Shown: piece after piece, positions 21,239 to 31,900 of the stretch
Numbering within the stretch: position 1 is the first letter of the stretch
Layout: each line of letters starts with the position of its first letter
Origin: an uncultured Actinomycetota bacterium
GTDB taxonomy: Bacteria > Actinomycetota > Actinomycetes > Actinomycetales > Cellulomonadaceae
Assembly: GCA_963753425.1 (NCBI GenBank)
Contig: CAVWCB010000004.1
Location: 28,801-92,800 of the forward strand
DNA: 64,000 nt
Direction of reading: 5' to 3'
The notes under the pieces: model-generated
The model's database searches: none
Told to the model about the DNA's origin: nothing
The model's input: only the letters and a program-made list of their open reading frames with translations
Position numbers and translations under genes: made by a program

Positions 21239-22234
21239 GTGACCACGCACCCCGAGAACGCCGCCGAGCAACGAGTCGACGACGCGCCCTTGCGCTCGGC
21301 GGTGATCGTCAACCCGAACCGCGTCACGGGTCTCGATGAGCTCCGGGACGAGGTCGACGCCCAGGTGACGGCCGCCGGATGGCCCGCGCCCGTCTGGCTC
21401 GAGACGACCGCCGAGGACCCGGGCACCGGGCAGGCGCAGCAGGCCGTCGCCGACGGGGCCGAGGTCGTGTTCGTCGCCGGTGGGGACGGCACCGTGCGCG
21501 CCTGCATCGAGGGCCTGGCGGGGACGGAGGCGGCGCTCGCGGTGCTGCCCGGGGGCACGGGCAACCTGCTCGCGGTGAATCTCGGCATCCCGACCGAGAC
21601 CATCGACGGCGTGCAGATCGCGCTCGACCGCGGCCGGCGCGCCGTGGACGTCGGGGAGGTGGACCTCGGTGACGGCACGAGCCAGGTGTTCGCGGTCATG
21701 GCCGGGATGGGGCTGGACGCCGCGATGGTCGACGACGCACCGACGGGCCTCAAGGCCCGCGTCGGCTCGCTCGCGTACGTGTACTCGGCGCTCAAGCACC
21801 TGGCCGACGACGAGATGCGCGTCGAGGTGCGCGTCGACGACCAACCGGTGCTGCGCCGGCGGGCGCGGAGCGTCGTCGTCGGCAACGTCGGTCGCCTGCA
21901 GGGTGGCGTCAACCTGATGCCGGACGCCGAGCCGGACAACGGGCAGATGGAGGTCGCGGTGCTGGCGCCGCGGAACTTCGGCCACTGGGTGCAGCTGGCC
22001 GTGGGCGTGCTGCGCCGCAGCAACCGCGTGCCCAACATGGAGGTGCTGCGCGGCTCGCGGATCGTGGTGACCAGCGACCGGGCCCACCCGCGCCAGCTCG
22101 ACGGCGACGTCATCGACCCGGCGGACCGGCTCGAGATCTCTGTTCGACCGCAGGCGCTCTGGGTCTGCGTGTATCAGCCCGACACGTCGGACGACCTGGC
22201 GGACGGCGCGCCCGAGCAGGGGTCGTCCAGCTAG
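21239..22234 (+). CDS. Diacylglycerol/lipid kinase family protein
   Basis: IVNP, GGDGT, LPGGTGNLLA and QLDGD motifs. Confidence 0.9.
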   Translation: MTTHPENAAEQRVDDAPLRSAVIVNPNRVTGLDELRDEVDAQVTAAGWPAPVWLETTAEDPGTGQAQQAVADGAEVVFVAGGDGTVRACIEGLAGTEAALAVLPGGTGNLLAVNLGIPTETIDGVQIALDRGRRAVDVGEVDLGDGTSQVFAVMAGMGLDAAMVDDAPTGLKARVGSLAYVYSALKHLADDEMRVEVRVDDQPVLRRRARSVVVGNVGRLQGGVNLMPDAEPDNGQMEVAVLAPRNFGHWVQLAVGVLRRSNRVPNMEVLRGSRIVVTSDRAHPRQLDGDVIDPADRLEISVRPQALWVCVYQPDTSDDLADGAPEQGSSS

Positions 22235-23025
22235 TACCGCGCGATCAAGGTGGCCAGCTGGTCCGGGGTCATCGTCAGGCCCATGCCCCGCAGCACGCCG
22301 TCGAGCTCGTCGTCCGACACCGTCGTGATCGACTGCCGGCCGGCGGGGGACTCGACCACCAGCTCCCGGCCGGTGAGCAGGTGGGCGAGCGACTCGTCCT
22401 TGCGCTGGACGACGAGCTGCGGGGTGAACCGGGAGGTCGGCGAGGTCGAGGTGAACCAGTTGGCCGCGGTGACGTCGACCATGAACGTGTCCTCGGGCGG
22501 AACCGTGTAGTGCGTGACCCAGTGCCCCGACCGCCGCTCCTGCAGCTGCCAGCTGCCGTCGGGCAGGAGAACGGTGCGGAAGGTCCAGCCGCCCTGCGTC
22601 GTCTCGTTGCCGGCGATCAGCGGCACGGGGGACAGCAGCCCGGTGCCGTAGCCGGTGTCGGCGAGCTGCCAGGAGTCGTCGACGAGCACGAACAGGACGA
22701 GGTGCGAGCGCGGCCGCGGCGTCACCGACGGGTCGCCGATCCGCGCGAGCCGGCGGTGCACCGGGTACCCCAGGCGTTCGAGGGCGGCGCCGAGCAGCAG
22801 CGCCTGCTCGTAGCAGTAGCCGCCGCGGCCGCCGAGCACGAGCTTGCGCTCGATGTCCGGCAGGTCGACGCTGATGCCCGCGCCGAGCAGCACGTCGAGG
22901 TTCTCGAACGGGATCGCCGCCAGGTGGGCTCGGTGGATCTCGGCCAGCGAGGCATCGGCGGGCCGGCCGATGCGTTCGAGGTAGGCCCCGAGGATGAGGC
23001 GGTCGGCCCCCCACTCGTCGGTCAC
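22231..23025 (-). CDS. Arylamine N-acetyltransferase
   Basis: AIPFENLD, RGGYCYEQ (Cys), SHLVL (His) and ADTGYG (Asp) triad. Confidence 0.9.
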   Translation of the reverse strand: MTDEWGADRLILGAYLERIGRPADASLAEIHRAHLAAIPFENLDVLLGAGISVDLPDIERKLVLGGRGGYCYEQALLLGAALERLGYPVHRRLARIGDPSVTPRPRSHLVLFVLVDDSWQLADTGYGTGLLSPVPLIAGNETTQGGWTFRTVLLPDGSWQLQERRSGHWVTHYTVPPEDTFMVDVTAANWFTSTSPTSRFTPQLVVQRKDESLAHLLTGRELVVESPAGRQSITTVSDDELDGVLRGMGLTMTPDQLATLIARY

Positions 23026-23945
23026 AGGACTCCGTGCGGCACGACGAGCACCGGCACCGGCGAGTACCGCACGATCTTGGTCGCGCGGGTGCCGAGGAAG
23101 ACCCGGCGCAGCGTCCCGCTGGTGGACGAGCCGAGGACGAGGAGCTCGTTGGGCAGCCAGTCGACCGAGGCCAGGGCGTCGGACCAGCTCGTCCCGGAGG
23201 CGACGACGAACGACGCGTCGTCGTCCAGCTCGGCGCCCAACGAGGACTTCAGGGCGGCCTGTGCCTCCGTGATCTGCTCCTGCCACTGCGCGTTGACCTC
23301 GGACTCGATGTCCATGCCGATCTCGGGCGGGTACATCGTGTGGGCGCGCACGCCGAACGACGCGACCCGTAGCCGCACCTCGATCTCGCGGGTCAGAGCA
23401 GCCGCCCAGCGGACCGCGAGCGCCTGGTCCGACGTCCCGCCGAACGAGCAGGTCAGCCGTTCCGCGGTGTCGCCCGAGGCGCCGCCCGCGCACTCGTAAC
23501 CGCGCGGGGCGATGGCCAGCGGCACCGGCGACGAGTGCAGCAGGTAGTCGGCGGTCGACCCGACGACGACCCGTCCGTGCGCGCCCCCGTCGGTCGCCGA
23601 GCCGAGGACCAGTGCCGTCGCGGCGCGTTCCTGGGCCAGCCGGGCGAGCGCACGCGGCGTCGAGCGGTCGCTGAGCCGCACGAACTCGACGGTCACGTCG
23701 TGGGCGCGCGGCCCGAGGAAGGTGAGGGCCGCATCCTCGGCGGCCCGCGTGCGCTCGTCGAGCCACGCCTGCATCTCGCCGTCGACCTTGGCCATCGACG
23801 GCACCTGCCACCCGGGCGGCACGACCGTGGCGATGACGAGCTCCATCGGGCGGGTGGCCTCCGGCAGGGTGCGCACCAGCGACATGCCGAGATCGATGGC
23901 GGCCCGCGTGTCCCCGAAGGGGTTCGCGCCGACGACGATGGTCAC
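23022..23945 (-). CDS. Tandem-domain universal stress protein
   Basis: LVLGS...VVGSTADYLLHSSPVP, repeated as LVLGSS...FLGTRATKIVRYSPVPV. Confidence 0.85.
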   Translation of the reverse strand: MTIVVGANPFGDTRAAIDLGMSLVRTLPEATRPMELVIATVVPPGWQVPSMAKVDGEMQAWLDERTRAAEDAALTFLGPRAHDVTVEFVRLSDRSTPRALARLAQERAATALVLGSATDGGAHGRVVVGSTADYLLHSSPVPLAIAPRGYECAGGASGDTAERLTCSFGGTSDQALAVRWAAALTREIEVRLRVASFGVRAHTMYPPEIGMDIESEVNAQWQEQITEAQAALKSSLGAELDDDASFVVASGTSWSDALASVDWLPNELLVLGSSTSGTLRRVFLGTRATKIVRYSPVPVLVVPHGVL

Positions 23946-25408
23946 GCGTCGACCTTGTCGTCGTCCGAGGCACCGTCCTGCGAGAGCCCGCGGCCCAGCA
24001 GCGAGTGCCGACGACCCCACAGGAAGTAGAACCCGAGGACGACGCCGAGCCAGACGAAGAACCAGGCGTACGTGTACCAGTGCAGGCCGGACAGGATGTA
24101 GAGGCAGGCAAGGATGGCGAGCACGGGTGTGACCGGATAGCCGGGGACCTTGAAGCCGCGGGGCAGGTCGGGGCGCGTACGGCGCAGGATGATGACGCCG
24201 AGCGAGACCACGATGAAGGCGACCAGCGTGCCGATGGAGACCAGGTCCCAGAGCGCGTCGAGCGGCACGAACGCGGCAAGGCTGCCGACGACGATCGCGA
24301 CGATGACCGTGTTGTTCACGGGCGTGTGCGTGCGCGGGCTGACCTTGGCGAACGTCTTGGGCAGCAGGCCGTCGCGACCGATCGCGAACAGGATGCGCGT
24401 CTGGCCGTACATGGTCACCAGCGTCACCGAGAAGATCGAGATCACCGCGCCGGCGGACAGGATCGTGCCTGGCCAGGTCGCGCCGACCACGTCCTGCAGG
24501 ATCTTGGCCAGTCCCGCCTCGCCCTGCGCGGCGTCGCCGAACTCCTGCCACGGCTGGGTGCCGAGAGCGGAGACGGCGACAAGGATGTAGATCGCCGTCA
24601 CGATGCCGAGCGCGCCGAGGATCGCCCGCGGCATCGTCTTCTGCGGATCCTTGACCTCGTCGCCGGCCGTCGAGACCGCGTCGAGCCCGATGAACGTGAA
24701 GAAGATCGTGCCGGCCGCCGCCGTGATGCCCGCAATGCCCTTGGGGGCGAAGTCGTCGAAGTTGTCGGAGTTGAAACCCGTGAACGCGATGGCCACGAAC
24801 ATGACCAGGACGGCGAGCTTGATGACGACCATCGTCGCGTTGACCTTGGCGGACTCCGACGCCCCGCGGATGAGCAGCAGCGCGCAGCACGCGATGAGGA
24901 ACAGGGCGGGCAGGTTGATGATCCCGGGGTCGTCGGCCCACGGTGCGGCGGACAGGGCGTTGGGAACCTGGAACCCGAACAGGTTGTGCAGCAGCTGGTT
25001 CAGGTACCCGCTCCACCCGACGGCGACGGCCGCCGTCGAGACGCCGTACTCCAGGAGCAGGCAGGCCGCGACGCCCATCGCGACGACCTCGCCGAGCGTC
25101 GCGTACGCGTAGGAATAGGTGGAGCCCGAGACGGGGACCGCCGAGGCCATCTCCGCGTACGACAGCGCCGACAGGCCTGCCGCGATACCGGCCAGGACGA
25201 ACGAGATGATCACCGCCGGGCCGGCGTCGGGAACGGCCTCGTGCATGACGAAGAACACGCCCGTGCCGACCGTCGAGCCGACGCCGAACATCATCAGCGT
25301 GAAGGTGCCGAGCGAGCGCTCGAGGCCCTCGCTCGACGTGGTGGAGTACGCGGTGATCGGCTTCTTGCGCCAGAGCTGGGTCCGCAGGGACGTGGTCGGT
25401 GCGCTCAT
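23942..25408 (-). CDS. APC family amino acid permease
   Basis: GSTVGTGVF, YAEMASAVPVSGS, FFTFIGLD and RDGLLP motifs. Confidence 0.92.
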   Translation of the reverse strand: MSAPTTSLRTQLWRKKPITAYSTTSSEGLERSLGTFTLMMFGVGSTVGTGVFFVMHEAVPDAGPAVIISFVLAGIAAGLSALSYAEMASAVPVSGSTYSYAYATLGEVVAMGVAACLLLEYGVSTAAVAVGWSGYLNQLLHNLFGFQVPNALSAAPWADDPGIINLPALFLIACCALLLIRGASESAKVNATMVVIKLAVLVMFVAIAFTGFNSDNFDDFAPKGIAGITAAAGTIFFTFIGLDAVSTAGDEVKDPQKTMPRAILGALGIVTAIYILVAVSALGTQPWQEFGDAAQGEAGLAKILQDVVGATWPGTILSAGAVISIFSVTLVTMYGQTRILFAIGRDGLLPKTFAKVSPRTHTPVNNTVIVAIVVGSLAAFVPLDALWDLVSIGTLVAFIVVSLGVIILRRTRPDLPRGFKVPGYPVTPVLAILACLYILSGLHWYTYAWFFVWLGVVLGFYFLWGRRHSLLGRGLSQDGASDDDKVDA

Positions 25409-25620
25409 GTCGGGGCCTCTCTGCGGAGGGCCCTCGACCACGGGCCGTGGCTGCCACGGTAGGAGCGGGGACGCACCTGAGCAACATCTCCGGACAAAAC
25501 ACGCATTGCGGCGGGACTTCTCACGACGGAGAAGGCGCCGTCCGGATCCATGAAGAACTCGTGAAGAAATTCTGCGAAACCGGCGTACGCCGGGCGACTG
25601 CTGTCGCTACTGTTCCGCGC

Positions 25621-26040
25621 ATGCACACACTCTTCGCGGACGTGGCCGTGACCACGACATCAGCCAACGTCAACTACGGGGCGTACTTCTTCGTGTGGGT
25701 CATCGCCTACATCATCGCCGTCATCCCCCTCTGGGTGATCTTCACCAAGGCGGGCGAGGCGGGCTGGCAGGCGCTGATCCCGATCTGGAACACCTGCGTG
25801 CTGCTCAAGGTCGCCGGCAAGCCGATCTGGTGGATCATCCTGTTCCTGATCCCGATCGTGAACATCGTGATCCTGATCCTCATGTACCACGGCCTGTCTC
25901 TCTCCTTCGGCCATGGTGCCGGCTTCACCGTCGGGCTGTTCTTCCTGAGCTTGATCTTCTTCTACATCCTCGCGTTCAGCTCGAACGAGTACCGGGGCCC
26001 GGCCGGTTCGGCGGCTCCCGCGGGCTACGCCACCGCCTGA
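25621..26040 (+). CDS. DUF5684-like membrane protein (probably leaderless)
   Basis: IFTKAGEAGWQALIPIWN and SFGHGAGF; TACTGT -10-like box just before the ATG. Confidence 0.75.
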   Translation: MHTLFADVAVTTTSANVNYGAYFFVWVIAYIIAVIPLWVIFTKAGEAGWQALIPIWNTCVLLKVAGKPIWWIILFLIPIVNIVILILMYHGLSLSFGHGAGFTVGLFFLSLIFFYILAFSSNEYRGPAGSAAPAGYATA

Positions 26041-26050
26041 TCTTCGCCTG

Positions 26051-26085
26051 AGGACGGCCGCATCCCCCGGGATGCGGCCGTCCTT
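26051..26085 (+). terminator. Intrinsic terminator hairpin
   Basis: AGGACGGCCGCATCCC-CC-GGGATGCGGCCGTCCT. Confidence 0.8.
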
Positions 26086-26143
26086 GTGCGTGCCCGTTCC
26101 GTGTGCGGCCTAGGGTGAGTTGCTCCGGGCCTGAGAGGACGTC

Positions 26144-26956
26144 GTGACCCAGCTGTCGTACGAGGTCGTCGTGCAGATGTTGCGCACCGCCGGATGCGTG
26201 TTCGCGGAGGACGAGGCGACCCTGCTGCTCGAGTCGGCGCGGTCGGCCGACGAGCTCGCCGCGATGGTCGAGCGCCGGATCGCCGGTGAGCCGCTCGAGG
26301 TCGTCGTGGGGTGGGCGTCGTTCTGCGAGCTCCAGATCGAGATCGACCCCGGCGTCTTCGTGCCGCGCATGCGCACCGAGTTCCTCGTCGACGAGGCGGC
26401 CCGGCTCGTCGAGCTGGTGCGGCTCGTGCTCCCGTCGGACGAACCGGTGGTGGTCGTCGACCTGTGCTGCGGGTCCGGCGCCCTGGGCGTCGCCCTCGCC
26501 GAGATCCTCGACGCTCCCATCGAGCTGTACGCCACCGACATCGAGCCGGCCGCGGTCGCGTGCGCGCGTCGCAACGTCGAGCCCGTCGGCGGGCGGGTGT
26601 TCGAGGGTGACCTCGACGGGCCCCTGCCCGACCACCTGCGGGGCCGCGTCGAGGTCCTCCTCGCCAACGTGCCCTATGTGCCGACCGAGTCGATCTCGAG
26701 GTTGCCGGCCGAGGCTCGGCTCTACGAGCCACGGGTGACCCTCGACGGCGGGCCCGACGGGCTCAACGTGCTCCGTCGCGTCGCCGCGCTGGCTCCGGAG
26801 TGGCTCGCGCCCGGTGGGCACCTGCTCGTCGAGACGAGCGAGGCGCAGGCCGACGTCGCGTGCGCCGTCTTCGAGCGCGCGGGCCTCGGCGCCCGGGTGG
26901 CGGTCGACGTCGACCGCGAGGCGACGGCGATCGTCGGGACGCTCCTTCGGGTCTAG
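26144..26956 (+). CDS. PrmC-related putative N5-glutamine methyltransferase
   Basis: AGCVFAEDEA, PGVFVPR, DLCCGSGA, NVPY and LDGGPDGL motifs. Confidence 0.85.
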   Translation: MTQLSYEVVVQMLRTAGCVFAEDEATLLLESARSADELAAMVERRIAGEPLEVVVGWASFCELQIEIDPGVFVPRMRTEFLVDEAARLVELVRLVLPSDEPVVVVDLCCGSGALGVALAEILDAPIELYATDIEPAAVACARRNVEPVGGRVFEGDLDGPLPDHLRGRVEVLLANVPYVPTESISRLPAEARLYEPRVTLDGGPDGLNVLRRVAALAPEWLAPGGHLLVETSEAQADVACAVFERAGLGARVAVDVDREATAIVGTLLRV

Positions 26957-26993
26957 CCCGGCGGGTGTCGGTGGGCGTCGGTAGCCTGCGCCC

Positions 26994-27401
26994 ATGGTCA
27001 CCGAAGGAACGTTCACCGTGAGTGGGTTCACCGGCGTGCCGGTGGAGGAGCTCCATCCGGTGCAGACGGCGCTCGGCGTGGGCATCGCCACGATGCAGAA
27101 GCAGTACGAGGGAGCCGTCGAGGGGCGGTCGACCACCCTGTTCACCTCGGCGTTCGATCCCGAGCGGGGTGTCGGCACGTATGTCGCGCTGGAGTCGTTC
27201 GTCGGCTCGCTCGACGGACGCTCGGGCGCGTTCAACTTCGCGCACGCGGCGTCGACCAGTGGGAGCGATCGCTCCGACGAGTACTTCACGATCGTCGGCG
27301 GCAGCGGCACCGGGGAGCTGTCGGGCATCTCGGGAGGCGGGGCGTTGGTGGTCGACGCCGACGGGACGCACCGGATGCGGTTCGACTACACCCTCGGCTG
27401 A
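26994..27401 (+). CDS. DUF3224 family protein
   Basis: YVALESFVGSLDGRSGAF and GSGTGELSGISG motifs. Confidence 0.8.
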   Translation: MVTEGTFTVSGFTGVPVEELHPVQTALGVGIATMQKQYEGAVEGRSTTLFTSAFDPERGVGTYVALESFVGSLDGRSGAFNFAHAASTSGSDRSDEYFTIVGGSGTGELSGISGGGALVVDADGTHRMRFDYTLG

Positions 27402-27407
27402 AACCCG

Positions 27408-27818
27408 TCAGGACGGGAGCGCGCGCACCCGGTTGTTGCGGGCGTCGTGCGTGAGCTCGACCAGGCCGAGCGACTCGAGCAGGGGCGGCAGGTACATGCC
27501 GAACCGCCCTCGGAATCCCTTGCGCAGCCCGTACCAACCGCCGACGGGATTGGCCTCGTCGCGACCCCAGGCCTCCACCGTCCCGTCGGCCGCGGGCTTG
27601 TTCTCGTCGGCAGCTCCGAGCGGCACCCAGTCGCCCTGCGCGAGCAGCCACGCGTGCAGGTCGTCGACGGCGCTCAGGTGGTACTTCAGGGTCGTCGACC
27701 CGACCTGGCACACGAGGGCCGGTGGATCGGCGGTCTCGTCGCGGTACATCGTGTACGCGGACGAACCGGGAGCGGTCGTGAGCTGCCACGGGTCGTCCCG
27801 AGCTCCGGTGCCGGCCAT
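27408..27818 (-). CDS. Conserved hypothetical protein
   Basis: Good SD (GGAGGA) and host-like codon usage; NPVGGWYGLRKGFRGRFGMY. Confidence 0.75.
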   Translation of the reverse strand: MAGTGARDDPWQLTTAPGSSAYTMYRDETADPPALVCQVGSTTLKYHLSAVDDLHAWLLAQGDWVPLGAADENKPAADGTVEAWGRDEANPVGGWYGLRKGFRGRFGMYLPPLLESLGLVELTHDARNNRVRALPS

Positions 27819-27946
27819 CGCGTGTCCTCCTTCTGGCGTCGGAGTCTCGCCCGCGGCCGTCCGCGACGGCCGATCGGCGCGATCCGCACGAGCACCACTA
27901 TGCCCCCTTCCGCCCGCGTGAGCGGTTGGGCCGGGGCCGCTTGTCG

Positions 27947-28010
27947 CTTACCCACTCGTAAGACTTACTGACCTGTAAGGGTTGACACGGGCTGTCCGAT
28001 GAGTGAGTTT
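27947..28010 (+). promoter_or_regulatory. Tandem CTTAC-N6-GTAAG palindromes next to a sigma-A-like promoter
   Basis: Palindromes at 27947-27962 and 27964-27979; TTGACA at 27982, 17 nt, then GAGTTT. Confidence 0.7.
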
Positions 28011-28113
28011 TGTCCCGGCCGGCATCACGTCCGGTGCACGGCGCCAATGACGGCGCCCCTGCGTGCAGGGTCCGTCGCGTCGACGTGCCCCTGTGCGGAG
28101 AGAGGTACGCCCC

Positions 28114-30021
28114 ATGAGTCTGCGTCCACGTGAGATCGCTCCGCGCACACGGCCGGGTCGTCGGCGATCGGTACTGGCCGCCGTCACGGCCGCCACGGCG
28201 CTCGTCCTGGTCACCCTCGTCTCGGCCCCCGCGCAGGCGCACGGCGGGAGCGCTCCGGTCGACCTCGGTCCGAACGTGATCGTCTTCGACCCGAGCCAGC
28301 CGATCGACCAGATCCAGGCGAAGGTCGACGCGATCGCGGCCCAGCAGGTCGACGCGCAGTTCGGCGACGGCCGCTACTCCCTGCTGTTCAAGCCCGGGAC
28401 CTACGGCAGCGTCGAGCACCCGTTGCGCTTCCAGGTGGGGTACTTCACCGAGGTGGCAGGTCTGGGCCAGAACCCCGACGACGTCGTCATCAACGGGGCC
28501 ATCCAGGTGTTCAACCGGTGCTACCCGACGGCACCCGACGCGGCCACGGACTGCACCGCCCTGAACAACTTCTGGCGCTCGCTGTCGAACCTGAAGATCC
28601 ACATCACCGCCGGACCCGACGACGGCTGCCACAGCGGCGCCAACTTCTGGGCCACCTCGCAGGCGGTCTCCGTGCGACGCCTCGACGTCGACGGCGGCAA
28701 CTTCTCCCTCATGGACTACTGCACCAACCCGGCGTACGCCTCCGGTGGCTTCATCGCCGACTCGAACCTCCCGTTCGTCATCAGCGGGAGCCAGCAGCAG
28801 TGGCTGACCCGCAACAGCGCGGTCGCCGGCTGGAGCAACGCGGTCTGGAACCAGGTGTTCTCCGGGGTCGTCGGAGCGCCGGCGCCGACCGGCCGGCGGG
28901 CTGAGGGTGACCTCTGACGAGCAAGTACACGACGCTCGACACGACGCCCGCGTCGAAGGAGAAGCCGTACCTCTACGTCGACGCCAAGGGCGCCTACAAC
29001 GTCTTCGTCCCGTCGGTCCAGACGAACTCGGCAGGCACCACCTGGGCCAACGGTCCGACGCCGGGCAGGTCGCTCCCGCTCAGCGCGTTCTACGTGGCCA
29101 AGCCGGGCGACTCGGCCAGCAAGATCAACACCGCGCTGGCGTTCGGCAAGAACATCCTGTTCACGCCCGGCGTCTACCACGTGAACCGCACTCTCAACGT
29201 CCTCTACCCGAACACCGTCGTGCTCGGCATGGGCCTGGCGACGATCGTCCCCGACAACGGCGTGATCGGCATGCAGACGCTCGACGTCCCGGGCATCGAC
29301 ATCGCCGGCCTCATGTTCGACGCCGGCACGGTGAACTCGCCGGCGCTCCTCCAGCTGGGCACCAAGATCTCGACGCTCGACGGCAAGACGAAGAAGCCGC
29401 GCCTGAGCAGCGCGAGCAACCCGACCGCCGTGCAGGACGTGTTCTTCCGCATCGGCGGCGAGCACGTCGGCAAGGCCACCCAGAGCCTCGTCGTCAACAC
29501 GAACCAGACGATCATCGACCACACATGGGCCTGGCGCGCCGACCACGGCGACGGCGTCGGCTGGACGGTGAACACCGCGGACACGGGCGTGCTCGTCAAC
29601 GGCAACGACGTCCTGGCGACCGGCCTGTTCTCCGAGCACTACCAGAAGTACGACGTCGATCTGGAACGGCGAGCGCGGCAAGACGATCTTCTTCCAGAAC
29701 GAGATGCCGTACGACGCGCCCAACCAGGCTGCCTGGCAGCACGACGGGATCCTGGGCTATGCCGCCTACAAGGTGGGCGACAAGGTCAAGACCCACGAGG
29801 CCTGGGGCATGGGCAGCTACATCTACACGAACGTCGACCCGACCCTGCACGCCACCCAGGCGTACGAGGTCCCGACGACACCCGGCGTGAAGCTGCACAA
29901 CATCCTGACCGTCTCGCTGAACGCGGCGGGCACGATCGACACCGTGGTCAACGGCATCGGCGACCCGGTCACGCCGACGGTCCAGGGCCCGAGCGTCGTC
30001 CTGGAGTACCCGCAGCCGTAG
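28114..30021 (+). CDS. Secreted GH55-like exo-beta-1,3-glucanase (frameshifts near 28890-28920 and 29660)
   Basis: RRR signal; DLGPNVIVFDP, LLFKPGTY, NFWRS, SGGFIAD, SQQQW, WAWRADH, EHYQKY and FFQNEMPYD, as in actinobacterial Lam55-type enzymes. Confidence 0.8.
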
Positions 30022-30038
30022 TCGGGAAGGACTAGTCC

Positions 30039-30107
30039 GCCGACCATGACATGGGTGTCGTCATCGAACGCCACGACGGCACCCATGTCATGGTCGGCAT
30101 CTTTCTT
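30039..30107 (+). terminator. Long intrinsic terminator
   Basis: GCCGACCATGACATGGGTGTCGTC...GACGGCACCCATGTCATGGTCGGC followed by ATCTTTCTT. Confidence 0.8.
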
Positions 30108-30116
30108 GTGGGGTCG

Positions 30117-30143
30117 TGTCGAAGGACGGTCCGGGCGTTCGAC
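30117..30143 (+). promoter_or_regulatory. ECF42-type promoter
   Basis: TGTCGA-N17-CGAC upstream of the YciI-ECF pair. Confidence 0.65.
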
Positions 30144-30207
30144 GTAGTGGTGAAGGCCCGATCCCGGCACTAGCGTCGGGACGGCATCCACAGCGAGGGA
30201 GATCGCC

Positions 30208-30642
30208 ATGAAGGTCCTGGTCATGATCAAGGGTGACGGTGCGGACGAGGGGCAGATCGCGCCCACCCAGGAGATGTTCGAGACGATGAACGTCTACAAC
30301 GAGCAGCTGGCGAGCGCAGGGATCATGCTCGGCGGCGAAGGCCTCAAGCCGAGCTCGGCAGGCGCCAAGGTGGTGTTCGAGGCCAGCGGCGAGACGTCGG
30401 TGGTCGACGGGCCGTTCGCGGAGGCCAAGGAGATCATCGCCGGCTACTGGATCTGGCAGGTCAGCTCCCTCGACGAGGCGCTCGAGTGGGCCAAGAGGTG
30501 CCCGTCGACGCCCGGCCTGCGCTCGGTGCTCGAGGTGCGGCCGTTCTTCGAGATGGAGGACTTCGCCGAGATCGTCTCGCCGGACCTCCTGGCCAAGGAG
30601 CAGGACATCATGGAGCGCGCCAAGGCCAACGAGGGCGCCTGA
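30208..30642 (+). CDS. YciI/DGPF family protein
   Basis: VVDGPFAEAKEIIAGYW and EVRP motifs. Confidence 0.9.
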   Translation: MKVLVMIKGDGADEGQIAPTQEMFETMNVYNEQLASAGIMLGGEGLKPSSAGAKVVFEASGETSVVDGPFAEAKEIIAGYWIWQVSSLDEALEWAKRCPSTPGLRSVLEVRPFFEMEDFAEIVSPDLLAKEQDIMERAKANEGA

Positions 30643-30647
30643 GTGCC

Positions 30648-31896
30648 ATGGCCGACGCGCGGCGGACGGTCGAGGTCGTCTGGCGGATCGAGTCGCCTCG
30701 GCTGATCGCGTCGCTCACCCGCCTGGTCCGGGACGTCGGTCTGGCCGAGGAGCTCGCGCAGGACGCGTTCGTCGCGGCCCTCGAGCAGTGGCCCGACGAG
30801 GGTGTCCCGGACAAGCCCGGCGCCTGGCTGCTCACCACGGCCAGGCGTCGGGCGATCGACCTCATCCGACGAGAGCAGAACCGCGACGCGAAGTACGCGG
30901 TGCTGGCGCAGGAGCTGACCGATGTGTCGTTGACCGGCACAGCCCCGGCCGACGCCGGTCGTCGACGACCCCATCGGCGACGACCTGCTCTCCCTGGTCT
31001 TCCTCACCTGCCACCCGGTCCTGCCGCGCGAGTCCCGGATCGCGCTGACGCTGCGGCTGTTCGGCGGTCTGACCACCGACGAGATCGCTCGGGCCTACCT
31101 GGTGCCGAGCCCGACGATCGGCCAGCGCATCTCGCGCGCCAAGCGGACGCTCGCCGAGGCGCACGTGCCGTTCGAGGTGCCGCAGCCCGACGAGATGCCC
31201 GCGCGGCTGGGTTCGGTGCTCGAGGTGATCTATGTGATCTTCACGGAGGGCCACGCCGCGACGACCGGGGACGCGTGGGTGCGTCGGGACCTCGCCGACG
31301 AGGCCATGCGCCTGGGCCGGGTGGTGACGGGACTGCTGCCGCGCGAGCCCGAGGTCCACGGCCTGGTCGCACTCATGGAGCTGCAGGCGTCACGGTTCGA
31401 CGCGCGCGGTGCCGGCGTGCTGCTGCAGGACCAGGACCGGTCGCGCTGGGACCGGGCGCTGATCGAGCACGGCCTGCGGGCGCTCGATGCGGCGATCGCC
31501 CTGCGCCGACCGCTCGGGCCGTACGCGGTGCAGGCGGCGATCGCCGCGTGCCACAGCCGTGCGCCCAGCTTCGAGGCAACCGACTGGGAGGCGGTCGTCG
31601 CGCTGTACGACGCCCTCGCGCAGCTGGCTCCCAGCCCGGTGGTCCAGCTGAACCGTGCGGTCGCAGTTCTGCACGCCGACGGGCCGCGAGCGGCGCTCGA
31701 CGCGCTGGACGCCGTCCGCGACGACCCGCGGATGGCGCGCTACCACCTGCTCGGTGCGGTGCGGGCGGAGGTGCTGACCCGGCTCGGGCGGCCCGACGAG
31801 GCCGCCGCGGAGCTCGAGCGCGCGGCGGACCTGGCGCCGACGCAGCGCGAACGCAACCTGCTGCTCGAGCGGGCCGCGGCCGCGGTCGCCGACTAG
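30648..31896 (+). CDS. ECF42-type sigma factor with C-terminal TPR extension (frameshift near 30955)
   Basis: AEELAQDAFVAALEQWP, TCHPVL, QRISRAK, QDRSRWD and SPVVQLNRAVA motifs. Confidence 0.88.
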
Positions 31897-31900
31897 CCCG

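Noticed and set aside
30039-30098. 24-bp inverted repeat as a mobile-element end
   Set aside because: Its position right after a stop codon and its T-rich tail fit a terminator; no transposase is nearby.
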